This document shows, piece by piece, positions 37,401 through 47,747 of a stretch of DNA of 64,000 nt. The notes beneath the pieces are model-generated. The model was not told where the DNA came from. It worked only from the letters and a program-made list of their open reading frames with translations, and made no database searches. A program made the position numbers and the translations under genes. Position 1 is the first letter of the stretch, and each line of letters opens with the position of its first letter. This DNA is from Candidatus Aenigmatarchaeota archaeon (lineage in GTDB: Archaea > Aenigmatarchaeota > Aenigmatarchaeia > JACPZZ01): NCBI GenBank assembly GCA_043801595.1, contig JAZDLW010000019.1:43094-107093 (forward strand), given 5' to 3'.

Positions 37401-40168
37401 TTAGCGGTTACTGGAACGGAACCAACAATACTTTCGGAATAGGTTTGGAGGACGGCCTGTACAGAATAAGCATTAACGCAACGGACAACGCAGGCAACTT
37501 AAACACTACAGTCAACGTGACAATAACGATTGACAACACAAAACCTAATGTTACAATCGTTACGCCTACAGCGAACCTGAATTTCTCAACCTCGATAATC
37601 ATAAATGCGACTGTCCGCGATTCTGGAATAACGTCGACGATAAATGCTGGCAACATACAGTCTGTGCAATATCGTCTTTCAAACAGCAGCTGGGCAGGTT
37701 CATTGTTGGCAATGACAAACGAGTCCTCGGCTGGAGAAGCGTTCTTTGATATGTACAACGCGACAAACTTCACGAGCGCAAATCTAGCAGACGGACGATA
37801 TAACCTGACAATAGTCGCAACCGACTACGCAGGGAACGTTAACAATTCGCAAAATGTGACAATCGGTATTGACAACACAGCGCCGATGGTTAGCATCAAG
37901 TCGCCGACAGCGAACCAGTTTATCAAAGGTACGTTCAACATAATGGCTGATGTCAATGACGCGGTCTGGGTTAAGAGCGTATGGTACAGGATAAGCAACG
38001 TAACGGACGCGTTTGACGTGCTAGGAAGCGCTTATCTCACCATGAGTAACAATTCAGGCGTGAATGCTACTGGCGGTGGATACTTCAATGGAACAAATAT
38101 AACATCTGCCGCATTGTTCGGTGACGGTTTGTACAACATAACAGTTGCTGCGAACGACACCCTGAACCATGTAACATACGCTAACGTGACTGTCACGATA
38201 GACAACAATGTGCCTGTGGAATTCGACGTTACTACGAATACTTCAGAACCTGCGTCAGGAATAGAATACTTCCCCGGGAGGTTCTACAGGTTCAACAAGA
38301 CTTTCAATGATACAATAGGTGTTACGAGCGTCATAATGCAGATTAATGCGACGAACCGCACGGCTTTCAGGTATGAAGGCGACGCACAAGGCGGCAATTG
38401 GTCGGCTAATGTAACAGATCTGGCTGCGAACACGACAGGTTATCCGATAATCTGGTACGCTTCGGACACGACTGGAAACTGGCTCAAGACAACGCAATGG
38501 TATTATGTAATTGCAAAGAACGCTTCACCGGCAGTGATATTGGAAGTTAACGGCACGCAGGCGAGCGGTGGCATCGTCAATGTGTATACATGGGAGAGGG
38601 GAACGGCGCTTAACATAACTGCGTATTCGCCGACAAGCCTGACAATAAACACAACATTGTTCGCGAACATAACGACTGTGGCGAATCAATTCATAAACCT
38701 GACTGCGCTGTCGTTCAGGCCGTATCCGGCAGGCAACCAGAACATAACGATTTCGAACTTGAATATGGCGTTGGGCATTTACAACATCACCGCCAATACA
38801 ACAGACAATGAAAACTACACCGCAAACGGCACAGTGGCCATGGTAATCGTTACGCTGCAGGATTCAGCGCCTTATTCAATGATACTGTCGCCCGCTAACA
38901 ACTCGAATATAACCGGCTCGATGCTGATCAACGTATCGACGATAGACTTGAGCGGTGTTGCCAATGTGTCATACTACCTGTTCAACGAAACCGACGGCAT
39001 AAGCGCATCGGGATTGTTAAACAACACAGGGAACATAAACGGCAACCACTACAATGTTACTATAAGCACATCCTCGTTATACGAGGGCAGGTTCAAGCTT
39101 AACATAACGGCTTACGACTCCATCGGCAATGTGAACATAACATATTACTTCAACATTACAGTGGACAGGACTGCACCGGTGATAATATTCAATTATCAGG
39201 CAGAGGGAACGAGACTGGCAGACTTGACACCGGGCAACAATTCTTACAGGTCTGGGACTATCTCGGCGAACGCGACTATATCCGACTCTGTATCCGGTGT
39301 TAACGGCGGGACGCAGTTATTCAGAATCGGCAACCGCACGAACTGGATGGGACCGGCATTCGGGCTTTCGGTGTTTGCGGGCGCGTTCAACGGAACCAAC
39401 GGCACGATCTTGTTGGCCGACGGTTTATACAATATCACGATAACAGCGAACGACACAGTAGGCAATGTAAGAACCAATGTGACGTTCTTCTATGTGGACA
39501 ATACGGCGCCGACTGTGATAGCGTTGAGCAACAGCACAAGAGGAAAATACATTCCGAATGCGTCGGAACAAATAATGGTACAGGTCAATGATGCTTCGCA
39601 GACAAATGCAACTATAGATGTGCGTGCTTGGTCCAACAATACAGGATGGACTATTTACAAGACTACAAATGCAACGCCTGGCACAGCGTCCATTTACAAC
39701 GTGACTATAGACACCTCTGACCTTGTGGACAACGAGAGAGTAAAGTTCTTTGTCATGGTGACAGATAATGCAAGCAACGTAGCGACGTACACGGGTTCGT
39801 TGGGAATACCGCTAGCTAACATAACGATTGATGTTAACTGCGGATATGTCGGCAGATTATTGAACTACTGCTCTGATAACGATCTTTGGCAAGCTAAGTT
39901 CGCCTCTGCACAACTGCCGCAGAAGAGCGATATAGAGAGTATCAGTTCGCTGCAGAGCAACTTTACAGTTGAAAATGTTACAAAGAGAGCCGGTATGTGG
40001 GGCTTCTTCAACTACACCTACTATTACAACGGCGCGTCATGGCTTTCGTTCGACCCGAACTCAGCGCCATCCGAGAACACGCTCAAGATGTTCAATAACA
40101 CAGGTGCGCAGGTATACCTGTTCAACATGAACAAGACTATCCCAGACTTTGTGTTCAGAATAGAATAA
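34493..40168 (+). CDS. Giant Ig-repeat surface glycoprotein (1891 aa)
   Basis: Signal peptide; repeated DGxYN.T..A.D.AGN...IDNTAP units; very dense N-x-S/T sequons. Confidence 0.85.
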   Translation: MNFKAFAGFAAWGIVAASISLILVFAVSILMSSAETLVIDAGNVSVSAPNGATSGAGIIVKNDTTVLYNFTIQVTGNVSFINITVPSWPHAADSANITVGRNTSIVPANVQLGQGLTSNWAVSYIENFTNGGVKTIRLNATMPAGTIGGASNVKIVWFAFNGTSNITGLGNLSDNQTMTWYVYAANDTSSSLLKVITLVDNNPPRILVTKPLLNSSNNAYIRGLAAEIFQVNVTEVELNVSESANNDGSTNATLWYRNVGTNRDTGVGWSKKTLACYNSAGGMLPNDLTHNKYTCNTTIDLSSLAFVGENELIQFFFNASDLVLNAGYNGTQASPHEAQVDRTAPTSSSVANNVSYVNPSNFVRLNVQFDDNFALANATLATNETETGAYFNYTDNKTRGSPITMAGNSYVLNFTWQNTSLVSGLIVGWQILATDIAGNVHATALKTFTVDADAPSTLGGFMSPARNANLTGDSILVNVSVNDTLSGVSMVYLNISYEASTGSIRGINNITLTQGIAGYWNATVNSTFNLITESPANGNYTFRIVANDTLNNENHTMNITVWIDNTAPAISITRPTAGQIVTGQFNIEALVTDAVRVARVQYRLSNATYTSGIYFQMLNTSDLLMNQSGVYNLTNVTNANLFLDGVWNVTVWANDSVNNIAQENVSITIDNVQNATELDIVSYVNGSVRKAGQTINLNFTTIGNQFGLFPSGFGYNISVYIVNSSGTAIYAGNVSNSSEFWANGTITIPANTADSVIDDGNRTFVFKTFDNGGNLMVNGSSNFTVSIDNTAASYSNPLPLNNSYITGSAAQLFQISVTEVNLNASKNVTLYWGIGPAIPTAWNAKTLLCTGTAGSNYLCNTTVDLSTSPTNKIIYYFFNNSNVTQPNGDLAGNGAGFGTEVIPFNTTIDRVNPVVGVLLPLGSANVSGSFTLNISANNTPSGIASVSYRVTNDTFQSGPIALSLGIGTAFSGYWNGTNNTFGIGLEDGLYRISINATDNAGNLNTTVNVTITIDNTKPNVTIVTPTANLNFSTSIIINATVRDSGITSTINAGNIQSVQYRLSNSSWAGSLLAMTNESSAGEAFFDMYNATNFTSANLADGRYNLTIVATDYAGNVNNSQNVTIGIDNTAPMVSIKSPTANQFIKGTFNIMADVNDAVWVKSVWYRISNVTDAFDVLGSAYLTMSNNSGVNATGGGYFNGTNITSAALFGDGLYNITVAANDTLNHVTYANVTVTIDNNVPVEFDVTTNTSEPASGIEYFPGRFYRFNKTFNDTIGVTSVIMQINATNRTAFRYEGDAQGGNWSANVTDLAANTTGYPIIWYASDTTGNWLKTTQWYYVIAKNASPAVILEVNGTQASGGIVNVYTWERGTALNITAYSPTSLTINTTLFANITTVANQFINLTALSFRPYPAGNQNITISNLNMALGIYNITANTTDNENYTANGTVAMVIVTLQDSAPYSMILSPANNSNITGSMLINVSTIDLSGVANVSYYLFNETDGISASGLLNNTGNINGNHYNVTISTSSLYEGRFKLNITAYDSIGNVNITYYFNITVDRTAPVIIFNYQAEGTRLADLTPGNNSYRSGTISANATISDSVSGVNGGTQLFRIGNRTNWMGPAFGLSVFAGAFNGTNGTILLADGLYNITITANDTVGNVRTNVTFFYVDNTAPTVIALSNSTRGKYIPNASEQIMVQVNDASQTNATIDVRAWSNNTGWTIYKTTNATPGTASIYNVTIDTSDLVDNERVKFFVMVTDNASNVATYTGSLGIPLANITIDVNCGYVGRLLNYCSDNDLWQAKFASAQLPQKSDIESISSLQSNFTVENVTKRAGMWGFFNYTYYYNGASWLSFDPNSAPSENTLKMFNNTGAQVYLFNMNKTIPDFVFRIE

Positions 40169-40200
40169 GGTTGATGGCGTGAGGTTCAAGAGTGAGCACG

Positions 40201-41433
40201 ATGAAAGGATCCAAACTTGTATGTTATAGTTTCCTGCTATCGTTAATTGTTGTGCTTTCGTCTTTTGTCGTGGCTCAATCCACACCTGGAACATGGAAAG
40301 GGTATGTTTACACGAACACAACGCTCGCTGAAAATGGTCTACCTGTTTCTGCGTATATAGCTGGTGTTTTGAAAGCGAACACCAGCACGATCACTGCGGA
40401 AGGCAGGGGATTTTATATTCTTGAAGTCGAAGGTGTGGCTGGACAATCCGTAGGTTTTCAGATTTGCGGTGTCAATGTTGCGCAGGAAAACCAGTCCTGG
40501 TCTGCAGGTTCGCATTACAACGGCACGTCAACAAGGTTCAACCTTACTTTTAGCAGATCAGCTGATGCAGCGTCGTGCACATATGCGTGTGGCTGTACGG
40601 GCGGATACTGCAATTCAGGTTCGTGTGCGAGTTCGGCTCCGGCAACAACACCAACAGTCAATACCAATCCTGGCGGTGGCGGTTCTTCCGGAACAACGAC
40701 CACAACAACGACAACAACAGTGAGTACGACATCGACTACCACAACAACCACCACAACAACGACAACAATGATAACACAGACCGTAGGCAATGTTCAGGCA
40801 AACACGCCGACCGAGGTTAGTCTGCCTGCATCGGAATCAACAGCTGTGCAGTCAATAACAATGCAAACCAATGTTGCGGCGAGCAACGTTCAATTGACAG
40901 TCCAGACAACGTCTGCGCCGTCAACAGCATCTGTAGTTATATCATCGTCTTCCGGTTCGGTTTATAGGTATCTTGATATCAAGGCTGTGAATGTCGAGAC
41001 TTCGGCAATAACAAGCGCTAAATTCAAGTTCAAGGTTGAACGAACATGGTTTGACGCGAATCAGATAGACCAGACCACTGTAAACCTAAACCGCCTTGTA
41101 AGCAACAGCTGGGTAAAATTAACAACAATCATCACTGGCGGTGACAACAGCTATGTATTCTACGAGGCGACATCGCCCGGATTCTCGGTATTTGCAATAA
41201 CAGGCCAAAAAATAGTCACAGGCGCTACGACAACGACTGTTCCGCTGCCAACGACTACAACTTCTGCAGTAACTACAACAACCGCTGCGACTACAACGAC
41301 AATGCCTACGACGGGTGGAGCGAGCATAATCCCGATAATCATAGTTTTGGTTGTTCTGATTGCCATAGCGGCTTATTTCTACATGCGGAAGAACAAGGGT
41401 TATAGTTTCAAGTCGGTTCTGCCGCAAGTTTAA
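40201..41433 (+). CDS. PGF-pre-PGF domain surface protein
   Basis: VYRYLDI, FKVERTW, WVKLTT, YEATSPGFSVFAI; poly-Thr linkers; C-terminal TM. Confidence 0.88.
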   Translation: MKGSKLVCYSFLLSLIVVLSSFVVAQSTPGTWKGYVYTNTTLAENGLPVSAYIAGVLKANTSTITAEGRGFYILEVEGVAGQSVGFQICGVNVAQENQSWSAGSHYNGTSTRFNLTFSRSADAASCTYACGCTGGYCNSGSCASSAPATTPTVNTNPGGGGSSGTTTTTTTTTVSTTSTTTTTTTTTTTMITQTVGNVQANTPTEVSLPASESTAVQSITMQTNVAASNVQLTVQTTSAPSTASVVISSSSGSVYRYLDIKAVNVETSAITSAKFKFKVERTWFDANQIDQTTVNLNRLVSNSWVKLTTIITGGDNSYVFYEATSPGFSVFAITGQKIVTGATTTTVPLPTTTTSAVTTTTAATTTTMPTTGGASIIPIIIVLVVLIAIAAYFYMRKNKGYSFKSVLPQV

Positions 41434-41468
41434 ATGTTTGTTCTTTGTTATCGGTGTAAGGCAGAATA

Positions 41469-42401
41469 ATGTCTAAAATTGAAAATCTAGACGAGGTCAA
41501 AGGCATTGACATATCGAAAGATATTACGATAAAGGAGTTACTGGGGGGCATAGGTTCCACAGGTTTTCAGGCTACGAATCTTGGCAAGGCTGTTGAGATA
41601 ATCGAAAAGATGAAGCGTGAGAAAGCTACGATATTCCTCGCATTCACCTCGAACATGGTTTCTTCGGGGCTTCGTGATATTTTCGCGTACCTTGCGAAAA
41701 ACAAGCTTGTTGACGTAATAATAACCAGCGTCGGGTCCATAGAAGAGGATCTGATAAAATCCGAAAAGCCGTTCCTGCTCGGAAGTTTTGATTCCGATGA
41801 TATTGAACTACATAAAAAGGGCGTCAACCGCATCGGAAATATTTTTGTCCCGAACGACCGCTACGAGCATCTTGAAAAGGTTTTGCAGCCGTTTTTTGCA
41901 AGAATGCATGAAAAACAAAAAGAAACGGGAAAGATGGTCTCTCCGAGCGGGCTGATAAACGAGCTTGGAAAAATATCAGGCGAGGATTCGTTCATTTACT
42001 GGGCGACGAAAAATAAGATACCGATATTCTGCCCTGCGATAACCGACGGCGCTTTTGGGCTGCAGTTATTCTTTTACAAACAGGACCACAAAGACTTCGG
42101 CGTCGATGTTACGGCAGATATGAAAGATCTTGCGGATATAGTATTGCTTTCGAAAAAGACGGGCGCGATAATACTTGGCGGAGGGGTTGCGAAACACCAT
42201 ACTATCGGCGTGAACATACTACGCGACGGATTAGATTATGCTGTTTACGTAACAACAGCAAACGAAGGCGACGGTTCAGTTGCTGGTGCGCGGCCGAAAG
42301 AAGCGAAGTCGTGGTCGAAGCTTAAGGAAGACGCGAATTCAATTTGCGTTGAGGGCGATGCGACAATAATATTCACGCTCCTTTCCTTTGCGTTGAAGTG
42401 A
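41469..42401 (+). CDS. dys: Deoxyhypusine synthase
   Basis: GFQATNLG, TSNMVSSGLR, NRIGNIFVPNDRY, GGGVAKHH, GARPKEAKSW. Confidence 0.96.
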   Translation: MSKIENLDEVKGIDISKDITIKELLGGIGSTGFQATNLGKAVEIIEKMKREKATIFLAFTSNMVSSGLRDIFAYLAKNKLVDVIITSVGSIEEDLIKSEKPFLLGSFDSDDIELHKKGVNRIGNIFVPNDRYEHLEKVLQPFFARMHEKQKETGKMVSPSGLINELGKISGEDSFIYWATKNKIPIFCPAITDGAFGLQLFFYKQDHKDFGVDVTADMKDLADIVLLSKKTGAIILGGGVAKHHTIGVNILRDGLDYAVYVTTANEGDGSVAGARPKEAKSWSKLKEDANSICVEGDATIIFTLLSFALK

Positions 42402-42405
42402 TACG

Positions 42406-42927
42406 ATGATAGAGATAATAGCCGCAGCTTTTGCAACCGGAATACTCGTTAAATTCGTCGACGATATACACGATAAACCCATGAAACGGTTCAAGAATGT
42501 GGAGATGTTTTTCGGTTTTAGCTACGGACTTCTGCTTTCGTATGTTGCTTTAAAGTCCGCTGATGTTGCTAACCTTTGGATAGCCGTTGTTCTTGCGAAT
42601 TTTTTGGCGGGAAAACTCGATTCGCCGGGGCACAGGATCGGCGCGTTTTCGATGTTTGCGATCCTGTTTATTCTGGGTTTTCCAATGCTGCAGCCCGCAT
42701 TGTTCCTGATATTCCTGGCCGCAGCTTATGCGGACGAGTTTTTCAGCGACCTTGCAGATGCCAAGAAAATAAAAAACAAGACCATCGCAAAAATAATATT
42801 GTGCAGGCCATTCCTCGAGGTCGCGGCGTTCGTTGCAGCGGCTATAACAGCAACGTGGATAATTTTTGCCTCGATAATAGCGTTTGATCTCGGATACGTT
42901 GCGACAAAAAAATTAATAACAGCATGA
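42406..42927 (+). CDS. Hypothetical membrane protein
   Basis: Multiple TMs; KFVDD, GKLDSPGH, AAYADE. Confidence 0.7.
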   Translation: MIEIIAAAFATGILVKFVDDIHDKPMKRFKNVEMFFGFSYGLLLSYVALKSADVANLWIAVVLANFLAGKLDSPGHRIGAFSMFAILFILGFPMLQPALFLIFLAAAYADEFFSDLADAKKIKNKTIAKIILCRPFLEVAAFVAAAITATWIIFASIIAFDLGYVATKKLITA

Positions 42928-43109
42928 CCGGCGCTTTTAAAAAACGATACGATATGGCCGAAATGCGGTTTTTTGCCCGCAGCTTATAAAGCGTGCGCCG
43001 CATCTATTTATATCCATTATATTGATATAACTTAGACATACGGAAGGATTCTCTTTTTCAGGGAGTTTTTTTGCGTGTCTGATATAGGAAAAAAGGGTGA
43101 ATAAGGAAA

Positions 43110-43262
43110 ATGGCATTCGGTGGACGCAATTTCGGCGGTCCCAGAGAAACACACAAGATAACTTGTGCTGACTGTGGGAACGAATCTGAAGTCCCTTTCA
43201 AGCCGGACGGCAAAAGGCCCGTCTATTGTAGGGATTGCTTCAACAAGAGACGCGGAGCTTAA
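43110..43262 (+). CDS. CxxC-x17-CxxC zinc-ribbon protein, copy 1 (50 aa)
   Basis: Not in ORF track; ITCADCGNESEVPFKPDGKRPVYCRDCF. Confidence 0.9.
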   Translation: MAFGGRNFGGPRETHKITCADCGNESEVPFKPDGKRPVYCRDCFNKRRGA

Positions 43263-43400
43263 GTTAAACTTTCAGAAAGTTTAATCAAAGTTACACGGTT
43301 CTTTGATCAAACCTTAAATAAGTTTGAAAGGCAACGATTTGAGTTTTTGGCTTCATTGCCAATTTTGTATTTTTATATCCTAGACATCTCTATATTTTTC

Positions 43401-43682
43401 ATGGTTACAGAGGTTCGTGCAAGTCACATTCTGGTGAAGACGGAGAACGAAGCGAAAACAGTTCTGGAAAGAATCAATAAGGGCGAAAGCTTTGCGAAAA
43501 TCGCAATGGAAGTTTCGTTGTGCCCGTCCGGCAAGAAAGGCGGGGATCTTGGTTATTTCGGTCGCGGTCGCATGGTGCGCGCATTTGAGAATGCGGCTTT
43601 TGAACTGGAAAAAGGCAAGGTTTCATTGCCGTTCAAAACAGAGTTTGGGTGGCATGTGTTAAAGGTTACAGATAAAAAATAA
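43401..43682 (+). CDS. Parvulin-type peptidyl-prolyl isomerase
   Basis: VRASHILV, SLCPSGKKGGDLGYF, FENAAF, TEFGWHVLKV. Confidence 0.95.
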   Translation: MVTEVRASHILVKTENEAKTVLERINKGESFAKIAMEVSLCPSGKKGGDLGYFGRGRMVRAFENAAFELEKGKVSLPFKTEFGWHVLKVTDKK

Positions 43683-43702
43683 TTTTACAAACGTCCCAAG
43701 TT

Positions 43703-44089
43703 TTACAGATCGATCGTTTTTTCCAAACTTTCTCCGAACTCAAACAGTTCTGCTGCGGAAATATCCGTGTCCATAAATGCAGTCAGGTAGCCGTGATCAA
43801 TGACCCTAAGCATCAAAAGCGCAGATCCGCAGCTGCTTGAAATGATTGCAGCGTTTTTTTCGTAGAATTCCTTGACATTTTTTTTGCCGTCCCTGTCCAG
43901 GTACGCTGCTTGTACAAGCTTCGCTTCGGCCATTTGCATCAAAGCGTATCCAGCCGGATAATCGTTGGAAAAGCGCGGTGAGACGTAACCGGATATCGGC
44001 AGGCCGTTTTCATCCCAGGCGCGCACGGATAATATGCCGGGGAAAATCGGATCCGACTCAAATAAGTTTCTGAAAAGATCCTGCATCAA
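43703..44089 (-). CDS. Hypothetical protein (possibly roadblock/profilin-like fold)
   Basis: AWDENGLPI pattern; weak. Confidence 0.5.
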   Translation of the reverse strand: MMQDLFRNLFESDPIFPGILSVRAWDENGLPISGYVSPRFSNDYPAGYALMQMAEAKLVQAAYLDRDGKKNVKEFYEKNAAIISSSCGSALLMLRVIDHGYLTAFMDTDISAAELFEFGESLEKTIDL

Positions 44090-44193
44090 ATCGCCTTGCG
44101 TAACAACAAATTTAATGGGAAGGTTAGTTATTTAAGCGCGTCTTCCCGCTTTTATAAGCGACGCAGGCGTTAATATGAAACTGGACTGACGGA

Positions 44194-45723
44194 ATGGAAC
44201 GAAAAAATAACAAGCTTGTCATAATGCTCAGCGTGCTGAGCGGATTATTTCTTTCTGCATTGGACCAAACAATCGTATCGACAGCGTTGCCGAAAATCGT
44301 TTCGGCGCTTGGCGGCATAGAACTTCTCAGCTGGGTAGTTTCCTCGTACCTGCTTACGTCAACGGCTGCTGTCATAATCTACGGGCGGCTCTCCGATATT
44401 CACGGGCGCAAGAATTTGTTCATACTGGGAATACTGATATTTCTCGGAGGTTCAGTTTTATCAGGGTTTTCTGGCAACATAATAGAGCTTGTGATATTCC
44501 GCGCAATACAGGGAATCGGAGGAGGCGCGATAATTGCGAACTCTATGGCGATAATAGGCGATTTATTCCCGCCCGCGGAACGCGGAAAGTGGCAGGGCGT
44601 CATCGGCGCGACATTCGGGTTAGCGTCGATAATCGGCCCGTTACTGGGCGGATTTATAACGGATACGCTGAGCTGGCACTGGATATTCTTCATCAATCTG
44701 CCAATAGGCGCTGTTTCAATCCTGATATTGTCGAAATATTTGCCGGACATAAAAGGACACCGTGCAACAATCGATTACAAGGGCGCGGCGCTGCTTACTA
44801 CTTCTTCGGTATTATTCATGCTTGGTTTGTTCCTAATTAACACACATTATATGCAGACTGTTGCGCTATCGCTGCTTTCGGCTGTTGCGCTGTTTTTCTT
44901 TGTCAAGACGGAAAGAAAAGCAAAAGATCCGATCCTTCCGCTTTCGATATTCAAAAATAAAATATTCTCCGTGTCGGTAAGCGCCGCGTTCATAACTGCA
45001 ATAGGAATGTTCGGCACAATAACATACATACCTCTATTTGCCCAGGCTGTTTTGGGAAAGTCCGCGACAGCAGCGGGCGTAATACTTACGCCGATGGTCG
45101 TTGCGATGGTAACCGTTAACATGATTTCCGGACAGATAATATCGCGTACGGGCAAATACAAGGCGCTGGCGATTTTCGGCCTGACTCTTGTCGTATTAGG
45201 AATGTTTCTGCTTTCTCGGATGGGCGCGTCTACAACCGATATAGCGCTTGTCAGAAATATCGCACTTGTCGGCGCAGGAATGGGCGTCACGTTCCCGCTG
45301 TTCGTGATAACAACGCAAAATGCATTCGAACATTCCATGATAGGCGTCGTAACCGCGTCGCTGCAGTTTTTCAGGAACATAGGAAGCCTGATAGGCGTGA
45401 CTATTTTCGGCGTAATATTGGTCGCGTCGCTTAACAGCGTGCTTGGCGCAAACAACACAACGATAAACCCGAGTGTGCTGCTTGACGCGGATTATTTGTC
45501 GACGCTCAGCGCTGCGCAGATAGTTGGTCTGCGATCGGCGCTTGCAGTTTCATTGGACAACGCCTTTTTGCTGGCGACGGCTGCGAGTTTATTTGCGCTG
45601 TTAGTAACGTTCTCCTTAAAGGAAATCCCGCTTAGGAAGACGCACGAGACGGTTATCGAGGAAGCGGGCATGGATCTTGCAAAAGGTGAGGGCGTTTTCA
45701 ATCCCGAATACGAGAACAAATAA
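44194..45723 (+). CDS. MFS drug:H+ antiporter (DHA2, EmrB/QacA-like)
   Basis: [43 protein letters not shown]. Confidence 0.93.
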   Translation: MERKNNKLVIMLSVLSGLFLSALDQTIVSTALPKIVSALGGIELLSWVVSSYLLTSTAAVIIYGRLSDIHGRKNLFILGILIFLGGSVLSGFSGNIIELVIFRAIQGIGGGAIIANSMAIIGDLFPPAERGKWQGVIGATFGLASIIGPLLGGFITDTLSWHWIFFINLPIGAVSILILSKYLPDIKGHRATIDYKGAALLTTSSVLFMLGLFLINTHYMQTVALSLLSAVALFFFVKTERKAKDPILPLSIFKNKIFSVSVSAAFITAIGMFGTITYIPLFAQAVLGKSATAAGVILTPMVVAMVTVNMISGQIISRTGKYKALAIFGLTLVVLGMFLLSRMGASTTDIALVRNIALVGAGMGVTFPLFVITTQNAFEHSMIGVVTASLQFFRNIGSLIGVTIFGVILVASLNSVLGANNTTINPSVLLDADYLSTLSAAQIVGLRSALAVSLDNAFLLATAASLFALLVTFSLKEIPLRKTHETVIEEAGMDLAKGEGVFNPEYENK

Positions 45724-45813
45724 TATTTCTTATAATTTATTTTATCCATAACTAAATGAGAAACCGTTATCCTACATCTATTCAACAGAAAGGTCAATGT
45801 TTTAATTACCTGA

Positions 45814-47688
45814 ATGTATTCATTAAATATGGCATTAATGGGGAAGATCGTCTTTTTTATGATTATTTTCATGCTGCCGGTATTTGTTATTGCCGAAGAC
45901 AAGCCGGACTTGGGAACACTGGGGAGCATTCCAAAATTAACCGATGCGGAGAAAGTCGATGCGCCCGAACTTTATTCTTCGACAGTTTACCCGTCCTTCG
46001 GAACCCCATGCATGAATTTCACATACAGGGTATATTACAAGGACAGTCAAGGCCGTCCTCCGGCATACGTAAAAATATGGCACGATTACAAGTGGTACAA
46101 CATGACAAAGGAAAGCGGAAATTATGCGAGCGAAGCAATGTATACATTCAATTATGTGCCGACATCCGGCAAAGAACTGTTCTATTATATTGAAGCCAGC
46201 AATGGCGTTGGAAAGGCGAGGGCTGCGATAATAGACAGCCCGGACCAAGGTCCGCTACTCTATGCTGAAAAACTTGACAACAATGAAATAATTTTGCTGG
46301 ACAATAACGGAAATAAATTATGGTCATATGAAACAAAAAACGACTGGGTTGAGGGCGTCGCACTTTCCGATGATGGCAGATACGCTGCTGCTGTTACAGG
46401 ATACGCGATCTACCTGTTTTCAAACAGCAGCAACGAGACGCTAATAAAATGGAAATTATGCGACAAGTGCGATGTGCCGAAGGTTACGATGGCAGGTTTC
46501 AACGGGGTGGACATTTCCGGAGACGGCAGATACATGGCAGGAACACTCGGAACCACTCTTTATTATTTTGATACAGCATCCAGGCAGTTGCTCTGGAAAA
46601 CATCCCTTGAGGCAAATGTCATAGGTGTTTCAATGTCCGATGACGGAGGGCGTGTCGCGGTTGGATTGGGAAACGCTGACAATAAGGGCGATAAGGTAAT
46701 TCTTTTTAACAGCACAGGGGGAAAACTTTGGGAATATAAAGCCCCCAATCCCGGATACACGCAGACCGGAAATTTCTACAAGCCAGACATCACTTCGGAT
46801 GGTAGCTATACAGCAGTATCATCGGGATGCCCTGACAGAAGAGCTTATCTGTTCTCGAATAACGGGGAATTGCTTTTTATGAGCGAAATGCTCACAAGGG
46901 ATTCACCTGTCCATGAGTCGGCGATATCGGATAACGGAGAATATATAGCGTATGTAGCAGATCAGGAGCAGGGCAAACCGAATTTATTTTTATTTTCCAA
47001 ATCCGGCAGGAAAATATGGGAATTCTCGTCCCCGGACGACGCGACAGCGCGATCCGTTTCGATTTCATCCGATGGAAAATACATAGCATCCGGAACCCTG
47101 AGCGGGAATGTATATTTATTTTCGAGTGAAAGCAACGCTCCGCTCTGGAAATTCTCAGAAAGCGGGGATTTCAGAAAGATCGGCGATTTGAAACTGAGCC
47201 CTGACGGGAGATTTCTGGCAGCCGGGAGCAGTTCGAAAAAAATCTATCTTTTCTCAATAAACAGCAGCAAACCGTTGTGGGAATACACGGCTCCGACTTA
47301 TGTGACATTCGTTGATTTCAACGGCAAGTATGTGGTTGCAGGTACAGGAGTCAGGCAATTCGTGTTTGAGGGGAACAGCGCATCCACAGAGGAGGTTCAA
47401 TGCAGCGAAATAACCCAGATGCCTTACGTGGAAAGCGCCGATTCGAACGGCGCTTCTGCGAATAACACCGCTCCATCATATTGCGGGAATGGGATTTGCG
47501 AGAATTGGGCGGAATCGAAGGATATCTGTGCGCAGGATTGCTGCCCGGATTGTAATAATAAAAACACCCAGTCGATCACTGGGAACAATACAACCAAAGA
47601 AACGGGCAGCCCCCGGAGAAATCTTGAAAATAAGAATTTCCTCGAAATCATAATCGATTTTTTCAGGAACCTGTTCGGAACAAAATAA
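45814..47688 (+). CDS. Secreted WD40/PQQ-like beta-propeller protein
   Basis: Signal peptide; repeated ISxDGxY...LW blades; Cys-rich CGNGICE...CAQDC module. Confidence 0.85.
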   Translation: MYSLNMALMGKIVFFMIIFMLPVFVIAEDKPDLGTLGSIPKLTDAEKVDAPELYSSTVYPSFGTPCMNFTYRVYYKDSQGRPPAYVKIWHDYKWYNMTKESGNYASEAMYTFNYVPTSGKELFYYIEASNGVGKARAAIIDSPDQGPLLYAEKLDNNEIILLDNNGNKLWSYETKNDWVEGVALSDDGRYAAAVTGYAIYLFSNSSNETLIKWKLCDKCDVPKVTMAGFNGVDISGDGRYMAGTLGTTLYYFDTASRQLLWKTSLEANVIGVSMSDDGGRVAVGLGNADNKGDKVILFNSTGGKLWEYKAPNPGYTQTGNFYKPDITSDGSYTAVSSGCPDRRAYLFSNNGELLFMSEMLTRDSPVHESAISDNGEYIAYVADQEQGKPNLFLFSKSGRKIWEFSSPDDATARSVSISSDGKYIASGTLSGNVYLFSSESNAPLWKFSESGDFRKIGDLKLSPDGRFLAAGSSSKKIYLFSINSSKPLWEYTAPTYVTFVDFNGKYVVAGTGVRQFVFEGNSASTEEVQCSEITQMPYVESADSNGASANNTAPSYCGNGICENWAESKDICAQDCCPDCNNKNTQSITGNNTTKETGSPRRNLENKNFLEIIIDFFRNLFGTK

Positions 47689-47747
47689 CTAAATGGGGAA
47701 ACCGTCAATTTTTATATCATAGGAAAGCTAAAAAATATTTAGATTCG

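Noticed and set aside
40690..40770. ACA/ACG-rich tandem repeat
   Set aside because: Simply encodes the poly-Thr linker of the PGF-pre-PGF protein
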